DNA from: Eledone cirrhosa
Taxonomy: Eukaryota
Reading direction: 5' to 3'
NCBI GenBank assembly: GCA_964016885.1
Contig: OZ024748.1
Coordinates: 40,982,001 to 41,046,000, forward strand
DNA: 64,000 nt
Shown: positions 12,401 to 23,156 of the stretch, one piece after another
Layout of the letters: each line of letters begins with the position of its first letter
How positions within the stretch are numbered: position 1 is the first letter of the stretch
Notes under the pieces: generated by a model
What the model was told of the DNA's origin: nothing
What the model saw: only the letters and a program-made list of their open reading frames with translations
Database searches by the model: none
Made by a program: the position numbers and the translations under genes

Positions 12401-12909
12401 GCCGATTAACCTTTTGAGGCTTTTACACCCCCCTCTATTGGCACATACCCCTACATAGTCCCAACGTGCATCCAGGATACCATTCCAGTCCCCCACTAAA
12501 AGCAAGGAGTGGGACGTTCCCAGAAAAGTTTCCAGACGTTGGAAGTATTCCGGCCGCGCTGCCCAAAAAGGGGCATACACAGCAATTAGTCTAAGGGCTC
12601 CACTTTCACTACTGCCGACGTCTAAAACCACCAGTCGACCCTCCGGGTCCAGGTGCACCTTCTGTATGGCGAGGCCCAGGTGTTTTCGTGCAGAACGAGA
12701 ACTCCACCCCCACCCCCCGGTTGACAGAGAGATGCAAAGATCTCAAAGTCGTCGAAGAGGGGCGCCAGTTGGCGCTCGCTGCTGATCCTGGACTCGCAAA
12801 TAGCCATTACATCCATTCTATGTGACCTGAGATCGTTTAAAAGTTTGCCTTGTTTCCAAGACAGTCCCAGGCCGCGTACATTCAGACACCCAACTCTTAT
12901 ATCAGCCAT
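9483..12909 (-). pseudogene. Tx1/L1 ORF2 (APE-RT-CCHC) split by two frameshifts (~12680, ~9800)
   Basis: CLNVRGL, GDWNG, YSDHK, GPGYWKLN, KSPGLDGLPYE, FRPITLLN, DQSKAFDRV, RQGCPLS, YADD, CPRC...HAFVHC across track ORFs 12622..12909, 9791..12658 and 9483..9818. Confidence 0.92.
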
Positions 12910-12930
12910 GTTGGTTAAAAGAGGAAGGAC

Positions 12931-14666
12931 CTACCTGTTCGGCTCCTGAGGAGCAGGTTGCACAATATCCATGGGCGTATTGGAGGGGTTGTTTGGTGGG
13001 GTGTTGTTCTGTGGTGGGGTGGGGGTGTTTGGTGAGGTGTGGGTGGGGAAACGTTTCAAGAGGACGCGGTTATAGGGTCGAGTACATGTTTTCCCCACGT
13101 CCTCAGGAAAGTTCTCTCTTAGTTTTTCATAGGTGTCCATTGGGAGTCTTATCATTTTTAAATGCGGTTTGTTGGCCGCGCTTGCAAAGAATTGCCCTTC
13201 AGTTTCCACCGAAGGGTCTTTGTGTATTGTTTTTACTAGTTCTTTGTTATTTGTGTTAATGTATGTATACTGTTTTATTTGTGTTGTGTTTGTTTGTTGT
13301 TCTTGTGTGTGCTTGCGTTTTGTTGTATGTGTTATGTTTTGGGATGGGGCGGATTTTGTTTGTTCTGTTTGTTTTGTTTTTGTTGGTGGTTGTGTGTTTG
13401 TTTCGTTTATGTTCGAGTGGTGCTTTCTTTTTTTCCTTTTTACAGGTTGGAAGGGTCCCCCCTCTTCGTCACTAGGTGCCGTTTCAGCTGGGTCCTCGTC
13501 CGTGCTGTCGGGTAGTGGTGTATTTTGGGGTTTTGTTGTGTTTGTGTGTGTTTTTGGGGTTGTTTTGGGTGGGGCCGTGTCTTGTGTTATTTTTCCGTGT
13601 TGTTTTTGTTGTTGTGGTGGTGGTGGTAGTGGTGGTGGTGGTGGTGGCGGCGGTGGTGGTGTGTGGGGTGTAGGCAAAAGAGCCTTTTTTTTGTCAATTG
13701 AGGACAGGCAGCCCTTAGATGACCCCTGCTTGAACAGTAGTAACATATGGGCCTCCTACCCTCGGCTGAAATGTATATAAATGTTTCTCCATCGAGGGAC
13801 ACCCTTTGTGGTATTCTAGCTATTCGTTCTGGTCTCATTTGGACCAGAACCTCCACGCTCAAACCGCCGAAAACATCTGTGGTGACTTCTCCTACTGAGA
13901 GGATTCCGTCCTCGTCTTCTAAAAATCCTGTTAGTACCCAGGAAATGCATGCATTTGGCCGGATTCCGGAGACTCTTATTTTCTGCGTTCTTTTCCCCAA
14001 ATATGTGGGGGAAAATGTGTGTAGTTTGGAAACAATTGGCGCCACAGAGTATTTCCTGGCCGTCAATTGATCCTTCATTAGCACCGTTATATTCCCATAG
14101 AGTGGCCCTTTTTGTATGAACGATATATCACTCCACACATTTTTTAGGACCAGCTCAATTTCTTTTTGGGATAATTGAGCTGGTTTCCTTGTTATGTTGG
14201 AAATTGTTCTGAAAGATATCGTTCTTAGTGTCGTGTCTCTTTTGATTTCTTGTGGGGAGGTGATTGTGAAGTCTCCTCCTTCTTTGAAAGTTACATACTG
14301 TTTTGCTTCCTTCATCTTTTCTCTCAGAGTTGTAATGTCCAGTTGCTTGCAGGTCTGTGTTTTCCGGACCGCCTGTGCAAAGGAGGCACCAGTAGTGGGT
14401 TCGCTTTGTTTGGTGTTATCGTTATTTTTTCCTTGGTTGGTGTTGTGACTATTGCTGTTATTGTCATTGTTGTTTTTGTCTGCGTTTATGTGACTTTCTG
14501 GGTTTTCACCCATTTTTAGAAATGTTTCTTTTAATTCCGTGTTCCATGTTTCTTTTGCAGAAGTGAGGAGGGAAGACTTAGAGCTTTGTGCTTCTAGCTT
14601 CTCTGTATCACCTTTCTTAGGGGGCGTGGCTTTCTCGTTAGGATGAGATGTGAAAATTCCGTCCAT
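12931..14666 (-). pseudogene. Tx1/L1 ORF1 (gag-like, CYYCSSRGHLRAAC knuckle, Pro/Thr-rich tail), frameshifted at an A8 run (13685-13692)
   Basis: Track ORFs 13587..14717 and 12931..13746 join if one A is added; ATG at 14666. Confidence 0.8.
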
Positions 14667-14853
14667 TTCTATCAGTTTGCCGTAATAAATTTTTAACTGG
14701 AAAATAAATAAACTCAAAGTTTGACGACCAAGGCTAGGGGTTAACGTATATTACAGTATAAAAAAATTAATCAAAACTCACTTTTGAGTAAGTAAATCCA
14801 ACTCGGTAGCTGAGCTTGTTCACACACGTCAACACACGTCTCTCGTATACGAG

Positions 14854-15365
14854 ATGTTATGTGAGATATTATGTGAGGTAAAGTCTTTACTGTGAAAATA
14901 CAATAGTATATATAGAGTAATGTAAATGTTATGCGAGATATTATGTGAGGTAAAGCCTTTACTGTGAAAATACAATAGTATATATAGAGTAGTGTAAATG
15001 TTATGTGAGATATTATGTGAGGTAAAACATTTACAGTGAAAATACAATAGTATATATAGAGTAATGTAAATGTTATGTGAGATATTATGTGAGGTAAAGT
15101 CTTTACTGTGAAAATACAATAGTATATATAGAATAATGTAAATGTTATGTGAGATATTATGTGAGGTAAAGCCTTTACTGTGAAAATACAATAGTATATA
15201 TAGAGTAATGTAAATGTTATGTGAGATATTATGTGAGGTAAAACCTCTACTGTGAAAATACAATAGTATATATACAGTAATGTAAATGTTATGTGAGATA
15301 TTATGTGAGGTAAAGCCTTTACTGTGAAAATACAATAGTATATATAGAGTAATGTAAATGTTAAC
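14854..15365 (+). repeat. 72-bp tandem repeat (~7 copies) forming the right part of the interrupted MITE
   Basis: Period of 72 (14854, 14926, 14998...); unit atgttatgtgagatattatgtgaggtaaagcctttactgtgaaaatacaatagtatatatagagtaatgtaa. Confidence 0.93.
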
Positions 15366-15462
15366 ATGGGATGATCATGGCTGGAACATCATAATTCCTT
15401 GTCTTAGAATCATCAAAATATTATCACTTGTTCTATTTTGTATTCTCTCTTCTGTTCTCAAG

Positions 15463-15607
15463 ATAAGCCAAGCAATGTCAATAAGATTTGAGACTGAAAG
15501 TTATCGTAGACATCAAAGTGAACTGACAAATGGACTTGGCTTAACTATGGGTGCCCTCTATTGGCAATTGAATGATATTTGGCAAGCTCCAACTTGGTCT
15601 TCTCTCG
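15463..15607 (+). CDS. MANBA: Beta-mannosidase exon
   Basis: ag/gtaagt, 145 nt: [16 protein letters not shown]...[21 protein letters not shown], the GH2 mannosidase signature. Confidence 0.96.
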
Positions 15608-15950
15608 GTAAGTAAACCTAAAGAATCAAACTAATAACCATATATTCCTGTATTCTGCCGAATATATTCTACCAAAACACCAACAATAGTGAGGTTAGGC
15701 TGTTAATAACCATATATTCCTGTATTCTACAGAATAAAGTTTTTCTGAACATGTTTTACATTTTCTCTTCTACAGGAAGTAGTTGTAATTTTCTCTTCTA
15801 CAGGAAGTAGTTGTAATTTTCAGTAACAAAATGACATCTATGAAACAGAGTGTTTTGTGGTTTCAAAGACTAAGCTTACCCTGTACATGGTGAGTCTTAA
15901 GTAACTGGACTGCCTGGTTACTTATAACTCACACTATATATTATATATTA

Positions 15951-16199
15951 ATGTGGGTGCAGCTCAGCTGAATGATCAGGAAATTTGCTTCACAACGATT
16001 AGGTCCTGGGTTCAATCCCACTGAGGTGTACCAATGGTCATTTACCATAGCATCAGGTCAATCAAAGCCTTGTTAGTGACATTGTGTAGACAGAAACTGT
16101 TTGGAAGCCTACCAATAGATAACTATACCTGTAATTGAAACATCCAGCCTTAGTACACGCTGGGTCATGTGGAATTTCCCTGAGAATTATATTAGATGT
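15951..16199 (+). mobile_element. Degenerate tRNA-derived SINE (family B), host of the RTE-derived insertion
   Basis: B-box-like gggttcaatccc; body caaagccttgt.agtga...gtagacagaaactg. Confidence 0.55.
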
Positions 16200-16211
16200 A
16201 TATGGGCTTGT

Positions 16212-16809
16212 AGCATGCGACAGTGGCCACACCCCGGTAAACCGCCTTGGCTGGCGGGCCGAACCAGGTTGAGGGTAGCCGGATGGATCTGAAACCCCCC
16301 GGTGAGTTAGATAGGGGATGCCTGTCCCTGCATGTGAAGACTGGAGCCGGTGGAGTGAGTGGAGGAGGACAACATCGTCCCAACAGTCACGAAGGCGGCG
16401 GCAGCAAGCGGTGTGGAGCGCTAAAGCACGGCAAGGCACTACAGATGTCGTGGCCATCCACTGCAGCCAAGGAAATCCCTGGTCATGACGGTCCTCCATA
16501 CCACCGGATTCTGGCTTGACTGTCCCACTCACTCGGCTGAGTGAGTGGGACCGTCACTGTGCACTGGCCCTCCTACTATAAACCTTTCCCGCACAGGTTT
16601 CCTCTTTAGCACTCCCAAAGCCCTGAGGCGATGGGTGAGAGGTGGAGGTAACCTCTGGGAGTTGCCAGTCTGACTCCAGTCTCTTCCCCTGCCCCCACTG
16701 TCACCGGACCAGCAAGTCAAGGATCGGCCTCCACAGCCACCTTCGTGCCCACGGCAGACGGGAACAACAATAAAGACGATGTCATCATCGTTTACGATGG
16801 ACAACCAAG
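16212..16809 (+). mobile_element. Non-autonomous bipartite RTE derivative (~600 bp) with 12-bp TSD
   Basis: TSD atatgggcttgt at 16200-16211 and 16810-16821; the 3' part encodes FPCPHCHRTSKSRIGLHSHLRAH*, an RTE C-terminal C2H2 finger. Confidence 0.8.
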
Positions 16810-16917
16810 ATATGGGCTTGTGGAATAATCAGTCACTTACACGTTAGTCTCATAAGATCAAACAACTAAAACAGCCATTACCAAAACCAACAGATTTCCA
16901 TTCCTTTTTATATTTCC

Positions 16918-17040
16918 ATTCTGAGTTCAAATCCCGCCGAGGTTAACTTTACCTTTCATCCTTACAGGGTCCATAAAATAAAGTACCAGTAATGCACTGG
17001 GTAATTGCTGACCTTGTGCCTAAAGTAGAAACAATTATAT
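16918..17040 (+). mobile_element. SINE family C fragment (ctttcatcc..ggggtcgataaaataaagtaccag core)
   Basis: The same core recurs at ~7475-7540(-), 28162-28268, 29455-29645(-) and 30010-30300. Confidence 0.75.
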
Positions 17041-17100
17041 AAACACTTTAATTTATTCATCTTCAAAAGATAAACTATATTCTCTTTTCCTCTCTTCCAG

Positions 17101-17378
17101 AATATGATGGAACATGGAAGATGTTACACTATCATTCAAGAAAGTTCTTTGCTCCCATTTTAATATCCCCCTATTTTATTACGGAAAAAGTTCTCCATGT
17201 GAATATTGTTGTGGATTGTATAGCAATCAAAGAACACAGACGACCAGACGGTAATCTGGAATTGGTTCCACTAAATAGCTCTGAAAATACTAATTCAGCA
17301 CTGACCGGTACTCTAGAGGTGAAGCTCTATAACTGGAACAACCGAACCCCACTTAATACATGGACACAGCAATATAGA
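17101..17378 (+). CDS. MANBA: Beta-mannosidase exon
   Basis: ttccag/gtaagt, 278 nt, phase 1/0: EYDGTWKMLHYHSRKFFAPIL...TWTQQYR. Confidence 0.95.
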
Positions 17379-17529
17379 GTAAGTGTATATATATATATAG
17401 TGGTAGAACACTGGAAGGTAATATTCGTAGTGGTAGAGCATTCATAAACTGATTATGAGCTGAGGATCCGCTAAGGTTAAACAATTGTTCTTGGTATGGT
17501 GAACTAACTGTTGTGTAACCACTTCTATA

Positions 17530-17878
17530 TCATCATTTCATCATCATTTCATTTTACGTCCGCTTTTTCCCTGCTTGCAAGAGTGGGACGGGAACTGATT
17601 CTGGCTTGATTTCTACAGCTGGATGCCCTTCCTAACACCAACCTCATTTACAGTGAGTGTTGGGTGCTTTTTTGCCGTGGCACCTGCCCAACCACTTTGC
17701 AGTGGAATGATATGGACCCCAGTCCCTATCATCTCATTTCTACAGCTGAGTAAACTGGAGCAATGTGAAATAAAGTGTCTTGCTCAAGGAAACAACGCAT
17801 CACCCGGTCTGAGAATTGAACTCACAACCTTTCGATTGCAAGGCCAATGCTCTAACCACTAAGCCATGTGCCTCCATT
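17530..17878 (-). mobile_element. Full-length tRNA-derived SINE (family A)
   Basis: Head ggaggcacaTGGCTTAGTGGttagagc...GAGTTCAATTC (A/B boxes), central ccttgagcaagacactt domain, RTE-like tail plus (GAT)n. Confidence 0.88.
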
Positions 17879-17928
17879 ATATATATATATATATAATTAT
17901 ATCATATATATAATATATATAACATATA

Positions 17929-18204
17929 TATAACACAGTAAAGAGAGACAGACACAGATATATAACTATGTGTTCAAATCACAAGGGACAGAAACCACCA
18001 GGGTAAAGAAAATACTGACTAAAAATAGTACGGTTCATAGAACTCAATTAAAAGGATAAATTGAGATATACAAACCTACTATGATAACTATCAAGTATCT
18101 AGACAGCTTTCAGGTAGAACTGTTTTGCAATTAAGTGAACTGTCCCTTACGATTTGAACACAAATAGTTATATATTTGTGTTTGTTTCTGTTTACTGTGT
18201 TATA
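17929..18204. repeat. Imperfect inverted repeat / fold-back element (~65-bp arms)
   Basis: taacacagtaaa...tgttcaaatc..aagggacag versus ctgtccctt..gatttgaaca...tttactgtgtta. Confidence 0.75.
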
Positions 18205-18310
18205 AGGCCCGGAAATTTTTTTTTTTTCCTTGAGCTAATTTAATTATAAGGGACTATTGTGAGTTTTTAACTCAATATATATATTTTATATATATATATT
18301 TTTTAATATA

Positions 18311-18626
18311 TCATCATCATCATCATCATCATTTCATTTTACGTCCACTTTTCCCTGCTTGCAAGGGTGGGACGGGAACTGATTCTGGCTTGATTTCTAC
18401 AGCTGGATGCCCTTCCTAACACCAACCTCATTTACAGTGAGTGCTGGGTGCTTTTTTGCAGTGGAATGATAGGGACCCCAGTCCCTATAATCTCATTTCT
18501 ACAGCTGAGTAAACTGGAGCAATGTGAAATAAAGTGCCTTGCTCAAGGAAACAACACATCACCCGGTCTGAGAATTGAACTCAAACCTTTCGATTGCAAG
18601 GCCAATGCTCTAACCACTAAGCCATG
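18311..18626 (-). mobile_element. tRNA-derived SINE (family A)
   Basis: Near-identical to 17530-17878 with an internal deletion. Confidence 0.88.
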
Positions 18627-18688
18627 TATATATATATATATATCATATAACTAATAAATAGTTTATTGCTCTACATGGGTTAATACAA

Positions 18689-18862
18689 GAAATGTAAATC
18701 TGAGTTTTTCAAATATTAACAATAATATTCGATTCATTTGCAATCATGCAAACAGCCTCTTAAGTCATGTCAATAGAATGACCTCGTCATTCTTGCTGTT
18801 TGCATAATTGCAAACGAATCAAATATCACTATTAATATTTAAAAAACTCAGATTTACATTTC
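18689..18862. repeat. Imperfect inverted repeat / MITE-like hairpin (~68-bp arms)
   Basis: gaaatgtaaatctgagttttt...gcaaacagc versus gctgtttgc...aaaaactcagatttacatttc. Confidence 0.8.
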
Positions 18863-18938
18863 TATTGATTTATATCAGATTTACAATATATATATTGTTG
18901 TTATTAACCTGCTTACCTTCTCTTTCTTCTTAATATAG

Positions 18939-19115
18939 TTGAATAAAACTTCAGCTGTAGTACTTACAATCCCTGCATCGGAGATCTTCAAAAACAAGAA
19001 GTGTCCTACAAAATCGACATGTTTCCTGTCTTTCTCAACTGATTCTGGATCAACTTCTTGGTTACCTCTTGGTCGTTTTCAGTCAACAGGAGTGATCCCC
19101 TTCACAGAAATAAAG
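18939..19115 (+). CDS. MANBA: Beta-mannosidase exon
   Basis: tatag/gtatgg, 177 nt, phase 0/0: LNKTSAVVLTIPASEIFKNKKCPTKSTCFLSF...TEIK; the frame joins its neighbours. Confidence 0.82.
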
Positions 19116-19169
19116 GTATGGTATCATACATCAATTACATGAAGTCATCATTTGTTGATCTAGCATTTA

Positions 19170-19409
19170 TTAACCCGTTATCATTTAAATTACTCTATAT
19201 TAACATTACTCTATATCTACTATTATTTTCACTGTAAAGGCTTTGCCTCACATAATATCTCACATGATATCGAATCTGAGATTTTGATATCATTTATTTT
19301 GAGAACAATAACTTAAAATCAGTATGAGCGACTGGTTACAGCTGATTTGAACAGAAAGAGGTGAGAGAATTCTGGCTGGATATGGCTGGTTTAAATGCTA
19401 AAGAGTTAA
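19170..19409 (-). mobile_element. TTAA-flanked MITE (piggyBac-like ends)
   Basis: ttaacccgttatcatttaaa ... tttaaatgctaaagagttaa terminal inverted repeats. Confidence 0.75.
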
Positions 19410-19724
19410 GGCACTTATCCTGATAGAAATAGCAACTAAACTACCCTCAAATTTTAACTTACAGTTCTAAAGAAATAAAGAAACCAAGAGGGTCATCTTA
19501 GATAATATCTAAATGACACAATATCTGAAAAAGAAGGATGGTCATAGCTGGAATGCTTATGATTATAGATTTACTGATCACAGTTTACCTACTGTTACAC
19601 ATCTTGATGATAGATGACCTAAGATACGTAGCTTGATCAGTTGAACTAAGGTTAGACAACTTTAAAACATGTACTAAGGTTAGACAAACTGATCACAGAT
19701 GACATGTGGCTACACAAACACATC

Positions 19725-20480
19725 ACAGATATATAGATTACTTACCAAATATATAGTTTACTATGTTATATACCAGATATATAGTCTACTGTGTTTTATA
19801 TACCAGATATATAGTCTATGTTATATACCAGATATATAGTTTACTATGTTATATATACCAGATATATAGTCTACTGTGTTATATATACCAGATATATAGT
19901 CTACTACGTTATATATACCAGATATATAGTCTACTATGTTATATACCAGATATATAGTCTACTGTGTTATATATACCAGATATATAGTCTACTACATTAT
20001 ATATACCAGATATATAGTCTACTATGTTATATACCAGATATATAGTCTACTGTTATATACCAGATATATAGTTTACTTTGTTATATATACCAGATATATA
20101 GTCTACTGTGTTATATATACCAGATATATAGTCTACTGTGTTATATATACCAGATATATAGTCTACTGTGTTATATGTACCAGATATATAGTTTACTATG
20201 TTATATATACCATATATATAGTCTACTGTGTTATATATACCAGATATATAGTCTACTGTGTTATATATACCAGATATATAGTCTACTACGTTATATATAC
20301 CAGATATTTAGTCTACTGTGTTATATATACCAGATATATAGTCTATGTTATATACCAGATATATAGTTTACTATGTTATATATACCAGAGATATAGTCTA
20401 CTGTGTTATATATACCAGATATATAGTCTACTGTGTTATATATACCAGATATATAGTCTACTGTGTTATATATATAGTCT
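19725..20480. repeat. ~30-bp minisatellite (tatataccagatatatagtctactgtgtta)
   Basis: About 25 tandem copies with length variants. Confidence 0.95.
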
Positions 20481-20554
20481 GTGTTTGGACCTGATATACA
20501 ATTTATTGTTTCTTTCCATCTTGTTTATGTTATGTCTCTGTTTCTCTATCACAG

Positions 20555-20800
20555 ATTGTTGAAGTCGTCGCTGTCAAAGATCAAAACGATACTTTCAGTA
20601 TTGCTCTCCAAAGTTCCAATATTGCTCCATTTGTATGGCTCGAAGCCACTGGGATCCCTGGACGTTTCTCGGACAATGGTTTTCTAATGATAAATATAAA
20701 CAAAACTATTGAATTCTATGCTTGGCAAAATGTCGATGTGACTGATTTGCAGAGATCAATAACAGTAATGTCTTTGATGGATGTTTATAGTAAGCCATGA
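20555..20800 (+). CDS. MANBA: Beta-mannosidase terminal coding exon (stop TGA ends 20800)
   Basis: acag acceptor, 82 codons: IAPFVWLEATGIPGRFSDNGFLM...SITVMSLMDVYSKP*, matching the recalled MANBA C-terminus. Confidence 0.95.
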   Translation: MVEVVAVKDQNDTFSIALQSSNIAPFVWLEATGIPGRFSDNGFLMININKTIEFYAWQNVDVTDLQRSITVMSLMDVYSKP

Positions 20801-20937
20801 AGTTGATAACATACAAGTTGGGCATTTATTTTTAATCCATCCACTAACTTTTCTTCTTTTGGTTTAGAGGTTACAAATAAGCACCCACACACATACATAC
20901 ATATGCACATACACACTTATATATATTATATATATAT

Positions 20938-21078
20938 AGTGTTAGAAGGTAATGCGACAAACAAAATATGTACAGTTTTCCATCGTCAGTTGTTTACTAT
21001 GAGTCACGGTCCGTAGTAAACAGCTGATGAAGGGAAACTGTCCATCTCTTGTTTGTGTTGCCTTACCTTCTAACACTC
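20938..21078. repeat. Imperfect inverted repeat in the putative MANBA 3' UTR
   Basis: agtgttagaaggtaa...tcagttgtttacta versus tagtaaacagctga...ttaccttctaacact. Confidence 0.8.
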
Positions 21079-21201
21079 GTTATCAATAACCACACAGCCT
21101 CACCTTCCTCAATCCATATATATACATATATATATATATGTGCATGCACATTTATTTTTATTTTCAACCATCAACATTCTCATGTGAAAAATCTTTTATT
21201 C

Positions 21202-21207
21202 AATAAA
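21202..21207 (+). terminator. Candidate MANBA polyadenylation signal AATAAA
   Basis: AATAAA about 400 nt after the stop, followed by U-rich sequence; not verified. Confidence 0.35.
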
Positions 21208-21467
21208 AAATATTGATTAAATTCAAAAATATATTCTCTCATGTCCCCCTGTTTTTCCCTCACAGCTCAAAGTAATAAGTAAATCATGTATTGACATACT
21301 TATTGTTATTCTTTATCCAATACATGTGAAATAATTATAAGAAGGGGCAGAGCCCATAGCCTCTGTGACTGGAGGCGTAAGTACTATTAGGAGAGGGATG
21401 GATCTGTGGAGGAAGCAGGAAGCTGAAAGTATAGTTGTTAGTGGAGGTAGAGGATCAGTTTTTGAGA

Positions 21468-22930
21468 TGAATAATAATGATAATGAAAATTACTGTGTAC
21501 AGTGCTCAGGTGCACTACAACTCATCAAATGTGCATGTATAGGACATAGAATAATGTACAAAGGTCATGAAAGTGAACAGTGCATGAGTCATGATATATA
21601 TACACACACATGCATGTATATACACATACATGCATGTATATGGAGGGGGAATATCAAGTGTAGTTTTGGCTAATTTTGAGAAGCATGGAAGTTTTGAAGG
21701 ATGCAATCTCTCGACAGCTAACAACTGATGCAGGTAGTTTGTTCCATGGAAGTTTTGAAGGATGCAATGTCTCGACAGCTAACAACTGATGCAGGTAGTT
21801 TGTTCCATGGAAGTTTTGAAGGATGCAATGTCTCGACAGCTAACAACTGATGCAGGTAGTTTGTTCCATGGAAGTTTTGAAGGATGTAGTGTCTCGACAG
21901 CTAACAACTGATGCAGGTAGTTTGTTCCATGGAAGTTTTGAAGGATGTAGTGTCTCGACAGCTAACAACTGATGCAGGCAGTTTGTTCCATGGAATTTTT
22001 GAAGGATGCAGTGTCTCGACAGCTAACAACTGATGCAGGTAGTTTGTTCCATGGAAGTTTTGAAGGATGCAGTGTCTCGACAGCTAACAACTGATGCAGG
22101 TAGTTTGTTCCATGGAAGTTTTGAAGGATGCAGTGTCTCGACAGCTAACAACTGATGCAGGTAGTTTGTTCCATGGAAGTTTTGAAGGATGCAGTGTCTC
22201 GACAGCTAACAACTGATGCAGGTAGTTTGTTCCATGGAAGTTTTGAAGGATGCAGTGTCTCGACAGCTAACAACTGATGCAGGTAGTTTGTTCCATGGAA
22301 GTTTTGAAGGATGTAGTGTCTCGACAGCTAACAACTGATGCAGGCAGTTTGTTGCATGGAATTTTTGAAGGATGCAGTGTCTCGACAGCTAACAACTGAT
22401 GCAGGTAGTTTGTTCCATGGAAGTTTTGAAGGATGCAGTGTCTCGACAGCTAACAACTGATGCAGGTAGTTTGTTCCATGGAAGTTTTGAAGGATGCAGT
22501 GTCTCGACAGCTAACAACTGATGCAGGTAGTTTGTTCCATGGAAGTTTTGAAGGATGCAATGTCTCGACAGCTAACAACTAATGCAGGTAGTTTGTTCCA
22601 TGGAAGTTTTGAAGGATGCAGTGTCTCGACAGCTAACAACTGATGCAGGTAGTTTGTTCCATGGAAGTTTTGAAGGATGTAGTGTCTCGACAGCTAACAA
22701 CTGATGCAGGTAGATTGTTCCATGCTTCAGCAACTTTGAGCATGAAAAAATGTTTCTGAAAGTCATGGGAGCTGTACTGTTTTCTGACTTTGTAAGTATG
22801 TCCACAGGTGTTAGATATATGGGATTCAAAAAGTGCCCAATGTAGTTATTGGAAAGATGGTTAATAATCTTGTGTCTACCAAATTAGTTGCCAGACGTCG
22901 GAGCTTTAATGAAGTCGTATATATGTGGAC
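21468..22930 (-). mobile_element. CR1-type LINE 3' fragment with an internal 61-bp tandem array (~17 copies, 21684-22724)
   Basis: Encodes TCGHTYKVRK...KHFFMLKVAEAWNNLPASVVSCRDTTSFKTSM, the CR1 ORF2 C-terminus; (ATT)n-like tail at ~21470; period of 61 (21685, 21746...). Confidence 0.85.
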
Positions 22931-23118
22931 AGGTGACTGCCACGAGAGATGAGATGTATACGACTCATGTTTGGAAGATTGAATAAATGAAAGAAAGACT
23001 CTTGGTAGTTAAGACTGCAAGATTTATTTTCAAACATCAAATGATAATAATTTTAAAAAAACATGGTCAAAAAATGTAAAAAAAAAAAAAAATACATGTT
23101 TTGTTTTGATTTTTTTGT

Positions 23119-23156
<38 letters not shown>

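Larger units (their letters stand above)
9251..14853 (-). mobile_element. Near full-length L1-clade (Tx1-like) non-LTR retrotransposon, ~5.6 kb
   Basis: ORF1 with CCHC knuckle, ORF2 APE-RT-zinc finger, 3' AATAAA; GC-richer than its flanks. Confidence 0.93.

Noticed and set aside
13685-13692. A_AAA_AAA as a programmed -1 site in Tx1 ORF1
   Set aside because: One added A in the homopolymer restores the frame, and ORF2 of the same copy has two other frameshifts, so decay or sequencing error is more likely.
9601-14519. Many + strand ORFs over the Tx1 element (likewise over the RTE and PLE)
   Set aside because: Antisense shadows of retroelement ORFs with no recognisable motifs.
14771-15367. 198-aa and 168-aa repetitive ORFs
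   Set aside because: The 72-bp unit is a multiple of 3 and stop-free by chance; it is MITE-derived and intronic.
17800-17878. tRNA gene
   Set aside because: The A/B boxes belong to a SINE head that continues into a SINE body and tail; I could not build a full cloverleaf.
21015-21050. ctgatga-agg-gaaactgtc hammerhead-like core
   Set aside because: No room for stem II and no stem I complement; at most a degenerate remnant.
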